Of a stretch of 64,000 nt of DNA, positions 1-12,449 are shown piece after piece. The translations under genes were made by a program, and so were the position numbers. The stretch is from NCBI GenBank assembly GCA_964016885.1, contig OZ024741.1:304420001-304484000 (forward strand), in the 5' to 3' direction. The first letter of the stretch is position 1; each line of letters begins with the position of its first letter. The notes under the pieces were generated by a model. It searched no databases and was not told where the DNA came from. It saw nothing but the letters and a program-made list of their open reading frames with translations. This stretch comes from Eledone cirrhosa (taxonomy: Eukaryota).

Positions 1-11
1 TAAATACAACT

Positions 12-14
<3 letters not shown>

Positions 15-45
<31 letters not shown>

Positions 46-657
46 AATTATTGTGTACAGTGCTCAGGTGCACTACAACTCATCAAAGGTGTATGTATAG
101 TACATAGAATAATTTATAAATGTCAGGAAAATGAACAGTGTACGAGTCATGAAATACATGTGTGCGTGTGTATGAAGGGGGGACATCAGACATAATGTTG
201 GCGAATCTCAGGAAGTATGGAGGTTTTAAAGGATGCAGTGTCTTGACAGCTAACAACTGATTCAGGTAGTTTGTTCCATGCTTCAGCAACTCTCAGCGTG
301 AAAAACTGTTTCCGAAAGTCATGGGAGCTGTGCTGTTTTCTGACTTTGTGGGCATGCCCACGTGTGTTAGACACATGGAAATCAAAAAGGTACTCAGGGT
401 TGTTGTTGGCAAGATGGTTAATAATTTTGTGGGTGTTTACCAAGTCAGTTGCCCTTTCGTTGGAGCTTCAAGTATCCATGCCCAGGGAAGCAAGGCGTTC
501 AGAGTATGGTAGAGGCCTGATCGAGGGTATTCGTTTGGTTGCTCGTCTCTGAACAGTTTCCAGGCAGTCAATATTCTGAGCAAGATAGGGGTTCCAGACT
601 GGTGATGCAAATTCTAAGTGTGGCTGCACCATAGCTATATACAGCTTTAAATAGATA
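15..657 (-). mobile_element. CR1-type LINE, 3' part (RT C-terminal region, 3' UTR, (TTA)n tail)
   Basis: Translates to YLKLYIAMVQPHLEFASPVWNPY...LETVQRRATK and TRGH...RKQFFTLRVAEAWNKLP, typical of CR1/L2-group ORF2 C-termini; ends in (TTA)n at about 15-42. Confidence 0.85.
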
Positions 658-895
658 TGTTTCTTTATTAGCCACAGGGGCACAAAAGAAGGGGACAGAT
701 ACAAAGGGGGAAGTTTACATACAATAAAAACGTGTAAAATATTATCACAAATGTAATTTAAAAATTAGTCGATTTTCCCCAATAGGGGGAGAAATTTCAT
801 ATGAGTAACGCATACCCCCGAAAAAATGTGCAACCCTCATCTTCAGGAGTACGAAGAGTTTGTACTCCTTTCCTCTCCTCCTCTTTTTTCTCAAC

Positions 896-3800
896 CTACA
901 GGCTGATATAGAGAGAAGGCCCATTCACTCGGGCCATTAACGCCACTTTCACCCACCTTTCATAAAACTTGCTGGGGTACAGCACCTCTCTCTCCATCCT
1001 GATTCTTCTTCCAAAGTGGTATTTGAAAAAAAGAATCAGTTGTTGGCCGGAGAGAAAGGTGTCTGACCTCAGCCCTTTCAACCTTGTCCACCATACAACC
1101 TCTTTCGCCATAGCTATCACACAAAGGAAAACCACCTCTCCTTCGTTTTTGAAGGAGGGTGGCGGTTTGATCATGATAATGGACTCGGTGGTCAACCGGA
1201 TTGGTCCCACCCGCGACAATAGTCGTTCTACATAGCCCCACAGGTTGGTGACGCCCGGGCAGGGTATGAATGCATGCGTGACGGTTTCTTTGTCTCGCAC
1301 GCACCTCGGACAGATCTTTTTGCAGGGTCCCTGCCCGGGCGCCCATGTCTGTAGAGCTTGTCTCGAACTGGTAGAGCTCCTCGGTAGCACTGCCAGGCCA
1401 GGGACTTTTGGAAGTTGTCCATCGGTCCTGGGCGGAAGGTCCTACCGAACAGACTGGCCAGTTCGTCTTCATCTACGCCCAGAGCTTTGCCGAGCACGTC
1501 ATCGCACTTGCTGCGGATCAACCCTCTATAGAATGACGAAGTGGAGTCTCCACTGATCGCCGGGTTCGCCTGCCAGAGGGCTGTGAGCGCCTGAGCACAT
1601 TCGATGTGCCAGTCGCCCATTTTCCTCGGTCTTTGCTTGACCCAGCACTGCAGCTCGGTCAGCGAGACGAATCATGGGAAGGCTCGCCTCATGAACGGGG
1701 CCCACACCGGTTGTCCGGTGAGGAATACGTAGAGATGCCGCAGCCTGAGCGCGTGTTTGCGCATCGTCAGCCACGGCATCCCCAGCCCTCCATTGGAAGG
1801 GCGTTGGCAGCAGATGGATCTTCTCACCAAAGGAGCCCGCCTCTTCCAAAGGAATTGGAAGAGCACATGCTCCATTTTGGCGAGCGTTTTGGCTGGACAA
1901 GGCACGACGGTCAAGCGGTAGTAGATGGCGGACGCTATAAAAGTGTTCGCCACCTCCGCTCGACCTTTCAAGGATAGTTTGCACTCAGCCCACTTCTGGG
2001 TGAGTGCAAACACCTTGGCCGACACCTCGTTCCAGTTCTTCTCCACCTGGAGGTCCGGCCCAAACCAGACCCCGAGCAGCTTTACTGGTCCTTCCATCCA
2101 GCATCCGGCGACGCCATCGGAAGGCATCGGTTTGCCTCTCCACGATCCGAGTTGCAAACCGATGGACTTGTCCCGGTTCAGCTTCGCTCCTGTGAACCTT
2201 TCATATTCCTTCAGTAAGGTGCTGACTTCCTCGATTTGCGAGGCGCTCGACACCATTACTGTCACGCCGCTTTCCGCAGTCCCGGTTCCCGAGGGATGCT
2301 CTGCAATAGCTCCAACTTCCGTAGTAGTGGCTCGAGAGTCAATACGTACAGAAGGGAGGAGAGAGGGCATCCCTGTCGAATGGATCGCGTGATATGGAAC
2401 GGCTCCGAGAGGTAGCCATTCACCTTAACCCTTGAGCAGTTGTTGCTGTTGTGCATTGCAGCAATCCAGCCCCTGAACACAGGTCCGAAGCCTGCCGCCT
2501 CGAGTACCGCATCCAGGTAACGATGTTCAACCCTATCGAAAGCCTTAGACTGATCCAAGTTGATCAGGGACCCACCGAAGCCGGGTTTACACCCTACCCT
2601 CGCTATGATGTATCGCATGAGGTGGAGGTTGTCGTGTATGGACTGGTCGGGATTGCGCATGTCTGCGCCTCTCCCACCAGGTTCTCGACGACAAGCGCCA
2701 GCCTCTTTGCCAACACCTTGGCCAAAATCTGTAACTCTGTGTTTAGCAGAGTTATGGGCCGGAAGTTGCCTATGTCATCCCCCTTATTCTCGTCCTTCCT
2801 GACTAGTGTGACTACGCCCCCAGTCACAGAACTGGGAATTCTTCCGTTCTGCTGCCAGTTGCAGTAGACCGCTTCCAGGAGACCGGAGAATAAGACTGGC
2901 ATTGCTACGTAAAATTCGTAGGGTAGACCGTCGAGACCTGGAGATTTGTGTTTGTCGTATTGGCTCAACGCGTTCCCTATCTCAGCAGCTGAAATCGGCT
3001 TTTCGCAGAACTTTGCCTCGCTGTCCGAGAGTCGCGGTAGGCCGTCGAGGTATGGACCGAAATCCATAGCCCCTCCTGGCGCGCCGCCCTGCCCGAACAG
3101 CTGAGCAAAATGCCGCTGAAAGGCTGCACACATCTGCTTCGGCTCATGTATCACGCGTCCGTTTTGGTCCTTCAAAGACCGAAACATGGACTTGTTGCCA
3201 CTTTTTGCCTCCGTCACCCGGGCCCAGCTAACAGCTTTGGCTCCCTCGTTTCCCAGAACATGTATTTTGCAGCCATCATGCTTTGCGTCGAAGAACTGGT
3301 CCAAGGCCGTTCTCGTTGCTAGCACGCTGGCTACGTTGCCACTTCTAATTGCCTCTTCTACTTTATCTACCAGTTCTTTCTTGGTTTTATTTCTATCTAA
3401 CGCTAATTCTTTACTAAAAACTAACGAGTCTAATCTAACTGCCCTCTTGAGAGAGTACCACCATCTGTTGTTGATAATGGCCCCTGTCAAGTGCTGTTTA
3501 ACTAAAGTGCTAATCCGTCTACTGTAGGCTTTGCATGTCGGTAACGACAAGTTCAGCTTCCAGTAGCCAGGTCCTTGTCTATGGGTTCTATCAAGGTTGA
3601 CCAAGCAGGTCACTAGTTTGTGATCTGAATAGGCAACCATGAACATTTGTGGACAGCTTAACATGTCCCTATCCTTATTTCTAACTAGAACCATATCTCG
3701 GTATGATCTAGATGTTCCGCTGCGATTAGTCCACGTCCACAGTGGCACAGTCAGAAAATCTAGTCGATATCTATCGGCCAGGTCAAATCGGCCGATTAAC

Positions 3801-4299
3801 TGTTTGAGGATGTTACACCACCCTTTATCGGGACATGCTCCCACATAGTCCCAACGTGCATCTAGGATTCCATTCCAGTCCCCCACTAAAAGCAAGGAGC
3901 GGGACGTTCCCAGAAAAGTCTCTAGACATTTGATGAAGTCTGGCCGCGGTGTCCCGGATGGGGTATATGTGGCCACCAGCCTGAAGGCTCCACCTTCACT
4001 ACCATCAATGTCTAGGACCATCAGTCGACTCTCCAGGTCCAGATGTACCGTCTGTGTTACGAGGCCCAAGTGTTTCCGCAGCAAAACAGCAACCCCGCCC
4101 CCACCCCCGGCTGACAGAGAGATACGTAGATCTCAAAGTCATCGAAGATGGGGGCCAGCTGTCGCTTGCTGTGGATCCTGGACTCGCAAATGGCTACTAC
4201 ATCCATACTGTGCGACCTGAGGTCGTTTAAGAGTTTGCCCTGTTTCCAGGGCATCCCCAGGCCGCGTACATTCACACACCCAACTCTTATATTGGCCAT
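896..4299 (-). pseudogene. Tx1 ORF2 (APE endonuclease, reverse transcriptase, C-terminal CCHC zinc finger), frameshifted
   Basis: MANIRVGCVNVRGL, LVGDWN, YSDHKLV, GPGYWKLN, KSPGLDGLPYEFY, NFRPITLLN, LDQSKAFDRV, RQGCPLS, GGLGMP, CPRC..ETVTHAFIPCP spread over several frames; no YADD motif. Confidence 0.9.
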
Positions 4300-4336
4300 G
4301 CTGGTTCTGAAAAGTTAAAAGAGGAGAAGAAAACAC

Positions 4337-5529
4337 TCACCTCTTTGTCTCCCGAGGATCAGGCCGCACGGTTTCCATGGGGGTGTTAGAGGAGTTGTCT
4401 GGGTGGGTGGTGGTTTCCGGTGGAGTGGGGACGGAGATGTTTGGTGGGGTGGGGGTGTCTGGGGTGAGGGTGGGGAAACTTTTTAAAAGGACACGGTTAA
4501 TGGGTTTAACACAACGATTACCCACGTTGTTAGGAAAATTTTCCTTTAAAGACTTATAGGTGTCCGTAGGGACCCTAATCATCTTTAAATTAGGTTTGTC
4601 TACACAGTTCGAAAAAGTTTTCCCTTCGGTTTTCACCGAAGGGTCGTTGGAGATGACCTCCATTAAAGTTTTGTTTTTACTGTTTATGTATGTGTAATGT
4701 TCTTCTTGTGTTGCGGTGGTTTTTGTCTGTTGTTCTTGTGGGAGCTTTCGTTTTATTGTGTTTGGAGTGATGTCGTGATTTTATTTTCGGGACGAGGGGT
4801 TTTTGTTTGTAATGTTTGTGTTGGTGGTTGTATGTTTGTAGTGATGTTTGTTGTTTTTTTGTTCTTGTGGTGTCTTTTCTTCTTTCTTTTCGAACGGAGA
4901 GGCTCTCCCTCATCATCACTTGGTGATGATGTGGGGGCCTCGTCCGTTGTGGTGTCTGTGTTATTTGGAAGGGGTATGGTTTGGGGAGCTGTTGTGTTTG
5001 TGGGTGTTTTTGTAGTGGTTTTAGGTGGAGTGGGGTTGGGTGGGACTGTGCTTGCAGGTTGGTTTGTTGTTCTTGTTTTGGTTGTGTTTGCGTATTGTTG
5101 TTGTTGTGGTGGTGGTGGTGGTAGTTGTGTTGTTGTTTTGGGTGTTGGCAGTAGTGCCTCTTTTTTTTTTTTTTAAGTTAACTGAGGACAGTAAGCCTCA
5201 ACAGAAATGTTTGTGTGTGAAATTCCATCCAGAGGCACATGTTGGGGTATTTTAGCTATCCGTTCTGGTCTCATTTGGACCAGAACTTCCATGCTTGTAC
5301 CATTGAATGTGCCTCTGGAGGACTTTCCCACCGAAATGATGGTGTCTTCGTCGAAATCGATGAAGCCAGTTAGAATCCACCAGACGTTTACATTTGGTGC
5401 AATGTTCAAAATTTTTATTTTTTGAGTTCTTTTTCCCATATATGTGGGGAAAAAGGTGTAAAGGGGGGACACAATCGGCGATACAGAATATTTTTGTGCT
5501 GTCAATTGGTCTTTCAACAACACCGAAAT
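4337..5529 (-). pseudogene. Tx1 ORF1 remnant with a low-complexity T/K/Q/P-rich linker
   Basis: Reading frames directly upstream of ORF2, ending at a stop 38 nt before the ORF2 ATG; frameshift at the poly(T) run near 5161-5174. Confidence 0.6.
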
Positions 5530-6810
5530 GGAACAGTTGACAAAGGTCTTACTGAGTGATGCTAAGGCACTCTCGGCCTTCTTGACAATTTTAGAGACGT
5601 GCTTTGTCCAACACAAATTGCTGCTGACAGTAATGCCCAAGTCACGTTCACAAGAAGACTTCTTGATATTAGTGTTGTGGAGGGAGTATGTGGACTCTGG
5701 GTTTTTAATCCCAAAATGCATGGTGGTACACTTGTCCAGAGCCAACTTGAGTTGCCAGTCCGTGATCCATAGTTGCATTGTGTCCAGGTCAGATTGCAGG
5801 AAAGATCTATAGTGTTCAGGATCTATCCTTTTTATCTCAAGGTACAGCTTGATGTCATCTACGTACTTTAGTACTGTGGCATTCTTTAAGTTGGCATCTA
5901 TGTCATTAATATATGTCACAAACAAAAGGGGGCCAAGAACAGATCCCTGTGGTACACCAGATGACATCTCATACGGTGAGGAATGCTGTCCTAGAACCGT
6001 GACTACCTCTCTTCGACTGAGAATGAAGGACTTGAACCAGTTAAAAAGATCATCCTTCACACCCATTGCAGAGAGTTTTGCCATAAGTCTTATGTGGCAC
6101 AGAATTGAAAGCTTTAGCAAAGTCAAGGTAAACAACATCCACCCATGAGCCACCATCAGTGATCCGGGTGATGTCTTCAAGAAACTTGATAAGTTGATCA
6201 CAGCAGCTGGAGTTAGGGATAAATCCAAATTACGATAAATCTGCAATAGTTCCAGAAGTTCCAAAGTGTTTCTCTGACACAGGATTCCATCAGTTTGACA
6301 ATGCAGCTAGTAAGACTGACTGGACAATAGTTGACAGGTGATGTGCAGTCACCCTTTTTTAACAGAGGAATGACACTGGCAGTTTTCCACTGCTCTCAAG
6401 TAGCACCGTTGTTCAGACAGAATTGGAAGAAGCATGAAAGCTGGTGCAGAAGGAAGTACCCACCACATTCGAGAAGCAGGTATGTAACACCATCAAGACC
6501 AGGAGAGGCATGGTTGCATTTATTTTTAAGGTGACGTCGCAGCATTGCAGGTGTAAATTCCATAGCTGTAATAGAGTCCGATGTCAGAGCTGGTGGAGAT
6601 GGTACACTCTGGTCTTCAACAGTGAAAATGCCTGCATAGCATTCAGCAATGAGTTCTGCGCATTCCTTGGGGTCATCAGTAACCTGGCTTGTGTGGGGAT
6701 TGCAAATAGAACCAACTGGAGAGTGAGGCCTCTGCTTTGAGTGAACATACTTCCAGAACACCTTACTGTCAAGGTTGGTTGCTCTGCGCTGTGCAACAAA
6801 GTCTTCATTG
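5530..6810 (-). mobile_element. CR1-type LINE, RT core (5' half of the element interrupted by Tx1 copy A)
   Basis: FWKYVHSK, ASPGLDGV, SSGVPQGSVLGPLLFVTYINDI, KYVDDIKLY, ERDLGITV; joins 15-657 as ...SKTFVNCS / IYLKLY... Confidence 0.85.
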
Positions 6811-7033
6811 GTAATTATAAGGAACTAGTAGATATGTGCCATCAATAATCATGCCAGTAGCCTTGAATGCATCTAATTGGAGTTCAATATTGGTAGGCCA
6901 TATATAACTGGATTAGTAAACCCATGCCATCAATAATGGCAGCAATATTGTTGAATGTATTTCACTTTTAGAGTCTAAGATTACTGGATATATAACAATC
7001 ATACAAACCAAGAAATTTGCATTCTGATAAATT

Positions 7034-7160
7034 CATAATAATAATAATAATGAAAATATTGTTTACAGTGCTCAGGTGCACTACAACTCATCAAATGTGT
7101 ATGTATAGTACATAGGGTAATGTACAAACGTCAGGAAAATGAACAGTGCATGAGTCATGA
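7034..7160 (-). mobile_element. Short 3'-end fragment of the same CR1 family
   Basis: Near copy of 30-152, including the (TTA)n tail. Confidence 0.75.
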
Positions 7161-7477
7161 TATACACATGGTTTGCATAAGAGAAATACTATAGTTTAAG
7201 TTACTGATATTTTAATAATTTATTACATAAATGTCCAACATATATGTCTAAAAGACAGGCAGAATAAATGTATGAGTAACTTAGGAGAAATAATTATTTA
7301 CATCGACAAATGCATGGTTAGAACCCAGGACCTTGTGATAACTGATATTAAAAATGTGTATGTTTGTGTGTGTACATTTTAAAGAGGAAGATATATATAA
7401 ATATACAAACACACATGATATATTATTATGGTTGATTCTAAGCATAGAAAATGAATAACATTATTAACAAGAAGGAA

Positions 7478-7862
7478 GGTGGATTGACAGTATCGGTAGA
7501 GCGTCAGACAATAGGCTTCGTGACTCAGACTCATGGTCGTTTACGTTCTGAGTTCAAATCCCGTTGAGGTTAGCTTTGCCTTTCATCCTTACGGGATTGA
7601 TAAAATAAAGTACTAGTAAACGTACTGGGGTTGATATAATCAGAAACCATTATTATTAATTCTGAGAGGGTGGTGGTTTGGAAGTATCGGTAGAGGGTCG
7701 GACGCCATGCTTTCCAGCATAGTTACGTCCCTTTACGATCTGAGTTCAAATCCCGCCGAGGTTGACTTTGCCTTTCATCCTTACGGGGTCGATAAAATAA
7801 AGTACCAGTAATGTACTGGGTAAATTCTGACCTTGTGCCTAAAGTAGAAACAATTATTATTA
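7478..7862 (+). mobile_element. Two tandem tRNA-derived SINEs (related copies at about 15040-15245, 28850-29280, 39285-39670, 47330-47520, 59280-59970, 61900-62050, 63510-63690)
   Basis: Box-B-like GAGTTCAAATCC, then shared core CTTTGCCTTTCATCCTTACGGG..GATAAAATAAAGTAC and an AT-rich tail. Confidence 0.75.
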
Positions 7863-8747
7863 AACATTACAAATTATTTATAATTCTTACAGAATGGAAA
7901 TATAAACACATAATAAATACAATTAGTTATTGCTAGGAACACAAAAATATATGATCAAAGCAAGAGAAAAAGAAAAGGAAAGAAGATACAAACAAAAAAA
8001 CAATGATTTCTAACTGAAGTGCAAGACCACAAAATTTGAAAGATTAAATCGACCACATTAATTTTATTGCTCTATAAAAAATGAAAGACAAATTCAACCC
8101 AGCAAGATTTAAGTCACAAACTAAAGGGACATAACTTCATACCACAAGGAATTCTGTACAGTATACTGAACTGCCAATTACTACCGCAAATATTTATCAT
8201 GATGACGATTATACAGGTAATTCAAACAATGGGGAAGAGATATAAAAATATGAGACTAAAGTGCTCTCGAAAAAACTAATGATTAAATTCAATATAATTT
8301 ATTTTTAAATAACAAAACAAGGGAAGTCACTTCGTAATATTTAGGTCAAGGGAGCAAACTGTAAAATACTTTAAATGCTAAAAATAAATATTTATATATA
8401 CATATAAGTATGTATACCTGTTCCATGGTCGGGTAGTTAGCGACTTAACCGACTCCTCCTACCAGACCCTGGTCTAGTGAAAAGGACTAGTGGAAACCCA
8501 GCAACGAAAAAACAAGAGCTGTTCAAGGGCGGATAAATTCCACAGAGTCAATAGCCACCCACCCCAACTATAGGTTAAATAGCCTCACTAATCAAGCATG
8601 ATGAATATTGCTACACCTCCTGGATCGGTTAAACTCCATGACAATAACACGTGTAATCATCGTAAATGCCTTGGTTTGTCACTGGACACATAGTTGTGGG
8701 GATTGAAATAGTGCTATGTGTGTAGCACTAACACGTAGCATTGCCAT

Positions 8748-9184
8748 TTTAGTGTTGCTCGGCGTCACCATTTTAGTGAATTGGCCATAGGGTTATTCAC
8801 TCCAGTAAATACCACTACATGCCAACCACTAATTTAATTTGTTTAGACGATGTAAAAGAAATGACGATGTAGTAATTGAAACATGACGAATACTTCGGAA
8901 AAGTGTACCAGTAACGATTTGCCTTTATTGAAGTAGCTTGTTACAATTTTGGTAGTGAAACGTACCTCGTGCCATGATGTGGTGTAATCCTGAGGTATAG
9001 GATAGGATTAGAAAAAGTTTAGCATCTGTGCTTGGTGTGGTCAGTTCTAGAGCCTTTGGTGAAAAAGAGATAGATTGTCCTGTGCTCCTTCTTTTATAAT
9101 CTCTGAAACGGAAGTTCAAGGAATATTCTAGAAATTCTACGGGAAGTAACTTTGGTTACTTCTCTTTGTCTAGAGAGCGCTACA
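8748..9184 (-). repeat. 3' LTR
   Basis: Direct repeat of 10873-11308, preceded on the - strand by the PPT at 9185-9198. Confidence 0.85.
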
Positions 9185-10099
9185 AGACTCCCCTCTCAGA
9201 CGAGAAGTCGAATAACCAGCCGAAGGTCATTGTAGTGTGAACCCGTAACAAATGAGGAGCAAAGCAAAGGTACAAGAAGGTGCATGAATAAAACATAAGC
9301 TCGCAACTGAAGCAAATAGCAAAAAAAAACAAACACAAAACAAGTAAATGCATTTGACAAGGAAAAAATGTAAATGTAACAAAACTGATAATTCAAAGTT
9401 AACATAAAGGAGCAGAGAAAAATTAATGCTCAATGGTAAGTTCAAAGTTTCTTAAAGAAAAAAATAGTTCATACATCACTAGTGTGAAAACGCTGAAAAA
9501 GAGCACATCAATAAAAAAAAATGAATGAATGAATGAATGCAAGAAGAAAATTATGAATGAGGCGCTAAGGGTTATGTATGCCGCTGTGTCAAATGACTGG
9601 CTGTTTGCTATTTATAACATGACCACCCAGGGTCTAATAGAAAACAAATAAAGTCTGACATGGGCGAAAATGTGCAATATGTTTTCAAAGTTGCTGTTCT
9701 TGCATTAATTGTTATAAAAGTTGTTGGCGGTGGCGGTAAAAGTATGAAACTACCACTTCTGTTATGTTGCTGTGAAATCGCCGTTGGTGTTGTGGCTGTA
9801 GTTGTTGTGGTAAATGTTTTACCAGTAGCTGTTGTTGATGATGATGCTGTTCATGTCCAACGATTCCAAGGTAAGTTGGTCAGTTGCAATGGCAACTAAA
9901 TCGATATGTGCAGGAGACGCAAGAGAACACAGAAAGTCGAGATAGTGCGTCCGCAGGTATGTTGGAAGTTCCAGCTATGTGACGAATGTCACTGGTATAC
10001 TGTCAGATGAGATCCAGATGCCTATACGCTCTCGGAGAGTACTTGTCGGACTTGGATTGTAAAGCGAACGTTAACGGTTTGTGGTCCGTGAATATCGTG

Positions 10100-10325
10100 A
10101 ACTCTTGACGGATTTAAAAGACTGCAATGCATCGGCAGAAAGTGAAATTTGTTCACCTTTCTTTTTTGCAGCCCTTAAAAACTGTGTCAAGGGGAATAAC
10201 TTGTTCACACAGTTAAGAATAAAGCGACGATAAAAGTTAATTAATCCCAAGAAATGGCGTAATTGTTTCAAGGATATTTCTGGTGCTAATTGTTGAATCG
10301 CCTCTACTTTAGCTGGCAATCTGGA
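10100..10325 (-). pseudogene. Gypsy pol fragment (RT thumb/connection region)
   Basis: LPAKVEAIQQLAPEISLKQLRHFLGLINFYRRFILNCVNKLFPLTQFL...ADALQSFKSVK. Confidence 0.8.
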
Positions 10326-10872
10326 AGAAGTGGTCTGGGTGAGTCCAGAAAAGTTTCTTTTAAGTAGCTGACCGCAGAACGAACGTGCATAAAAATGCCC
10401 AGCAAGTGACGTCAATTTACGACGCAAGGTGTCGCAAGTTTTTTACTGGCATTAATAAAGTAGCTCGTGGCCAAACTATTCTTTGAGATGAATAGCAATG
10501 AGTGTGTTGGTAAAATCCACCGCGCGGGAAAATGACGAAACGAAGAAGACAAGATGGCTGCTCGAAAATGAAAGAGGAAGGCAGAAGTCGCCATATTGGT
10601 TGTTGGTCTTAAACAAAAGCTTGGTTGAACGAGAAAGGCACAAGGTGTAATTTTCAGAAAGAGAAATATCATGTTCAAAAATGAAAGAGTCCAATTTAAT
10701 GAATGGTTCGTAGTAAGATGTAGCGAAAGTATAAACAGCCAAGTTAGAAGCATTTGAACGTTATCACCACGTGAGGTGAGAATAGAATTTTTTTTTCATT
10801 CTTCAGTTGGTGTTATTTTACGTTAGGGTCACCATTTTAGTAGTTGGTGTTTCACTCCGTCAGGGTCACCAT

Positions 10873-11308
10873 TTTAGTGTTGCTCGGCGTCACCATTTTA
10901 GTGAATTGGCCATAGGGTTATTCACTCCAGTAAATACCACTACATGCCAACAACTAATTTAATTTGTTTAGAAGATGTAAAAGAAATGACGATGTAGTAA
11001 TTGAAACATGACGAATACTTCGGAAAAGTGTACCAGTAACGATTTGCCTTTATTGAAGTAGCTTGTTACAATTTTGGTAGTGAAACGTACCTCGTGCCAT
11101 GATGTGGTGTAATCCTGAGGTATAGGATAGGATTAGAAAAAGTTTAGCATCTGTGCTTGGTGTGGTCAGTTCTAGAGCCGTTGGTGAAAAAGAGATAGAT
11201 TGTCCTTTGCTCCTTCTTTTATAATCTCTGAAACGGAAGTTCAAGGGGTTTCTAGAAATTTTACGGGAAGTAACTTTGGCTAGGTCCCTTTGTCTAGAGA
11301 GCGCTACA
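10873..11308 (-). repeat. 5' LTR
   Basis: Direct repeat of 8748-9184, followed on the - strand by the PBS at 10858-10871. Confidence 0.85.
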
Positions 11309-12449
11309 CCATCTTTATGCACAGATGTTTCTTCACAAGTCCCACAGCAGTTGAGGAGTGGCAACGTGTGCAGACCCGACTGGTTAGAATAACACAGTCA
11401 CAAATCTACATGTGGGTGGATCGAATCTTATCCTAACGTTGCTGCACTGTTAACCTGAACAGCAACATGCTTCAGCAGAGTCTTGAGCATCTGAGTATCC
11501 CTTTCTGGGAATGTACTGCTTACCCATACCACATGGGAAGGGTCTAGAAAAGGTGACCTAAACAAAGCACCTTCAGTCATCAAACTGGCCTACAGTTGGT
11601 GGTGGTTCATAATAGCTGGGAATTCATTGACGATATGGCCGTTTTTCTGTAAAGAAGTGGCAGCTATCATCATATCTTTATCATGTATGTGTGTATGTAT
11701 GTATGCATGTGGAGCGAGAGACTCCTAGTCTTCATTAAGACATCTCTCTAGGAGAAGGTCACTCTGATATAAAACCTGCAACTTACTTTGCATCCAATGA
11801 TGTAGACCAGTTTTTCTTTTGGGGCAAATGCATTCGATATTCAGAGAATATGATTGGCGCCATGCAAAGCCTTTCCTCACTTAAAAAAGCTTCAAGCACA
11901 GGCATCGCTTGATTGTGACATTTTTTGGTATGTATGTATGTATCCATAACTTCTGATAGGTTGTAGGAGCGCCGTAGTGAGATACAGCGTTTCTTAGGTA
12001 TTTTAAACCTGGGAGAGTCCAACACCTCTCCAGGTCTGAACACAGCCACTATTGTTTTCAGAGAAGGAGAGAGAATCATAGGGAGGATATGAGAAAGAAA
12101 TATAGAGGAAGAATCGACAGCAATACTGGACAATACTTTTTTCATCGGCTTTGAAAGAATCAGAGGCACAGATTAGCCTCAGTGAGATTTGAACTCAGAA
12201 CACAAAAAGCCAGAACAAATATTATAAAACATTCTAACCGGTGCCCTAACATCTCTGTAGCTTTTTCTATATATCTACTTGTGATGCTAAACTCCACCAG
12301 TTGCAGACTGCACATCAGCATGAGATATCCCTCTCCACAAAGTTCGATCACCAGCAACAGAGTTCAAAGAGCAAAGATTAATGAATAATTAAAGAAGAAA
12401 AAAGTGGGTGAACCACATGCTACAACAAAAAGCCCTGGAGTTTCCCTTC

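Larger units (their letters stand above)
660..5529 (-). mobile_element. L1/Tx1-clade non-LTR retrotransposon, copy A (5'-truncated within ORF1), inserted into the CR1 element
   Basis: ORF1 remnant followed by APE-RT-zinc finger ORF2; 3' end GTGGCTAATAAAGAAA; the CR1 reading frame continues on both sides of it. Confidence 0.9.
8748..11308 (-). mobile_element. Internally deleted (non-autonomous) Gypsy-type LTR retrotransposon
   Basis: ~437 bp direct repeats (8748-9184, 10873-11308) starting TGTAGCG; PBS TGGTGACCCTGACG; polypurine tract GAGAGGGGAG before the 3' LTR; candidate 4-bp TSD ccat (8744-8747, 11309-11312); pol remnant KVEAIQQL..LKQLRHFLGLINFYRRFI. Confidence 0.85.

Noticed and set aside
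4697-5176. 159-aa Val-rich membrane-protein-like ORF
   Set aside because: Antisense of the low-complexity linker of Tx1 ORF1.
11783-12169. 128-aa ORF
   Set aside because: No recognisable motif or splice structure; lies among repeat fragments.
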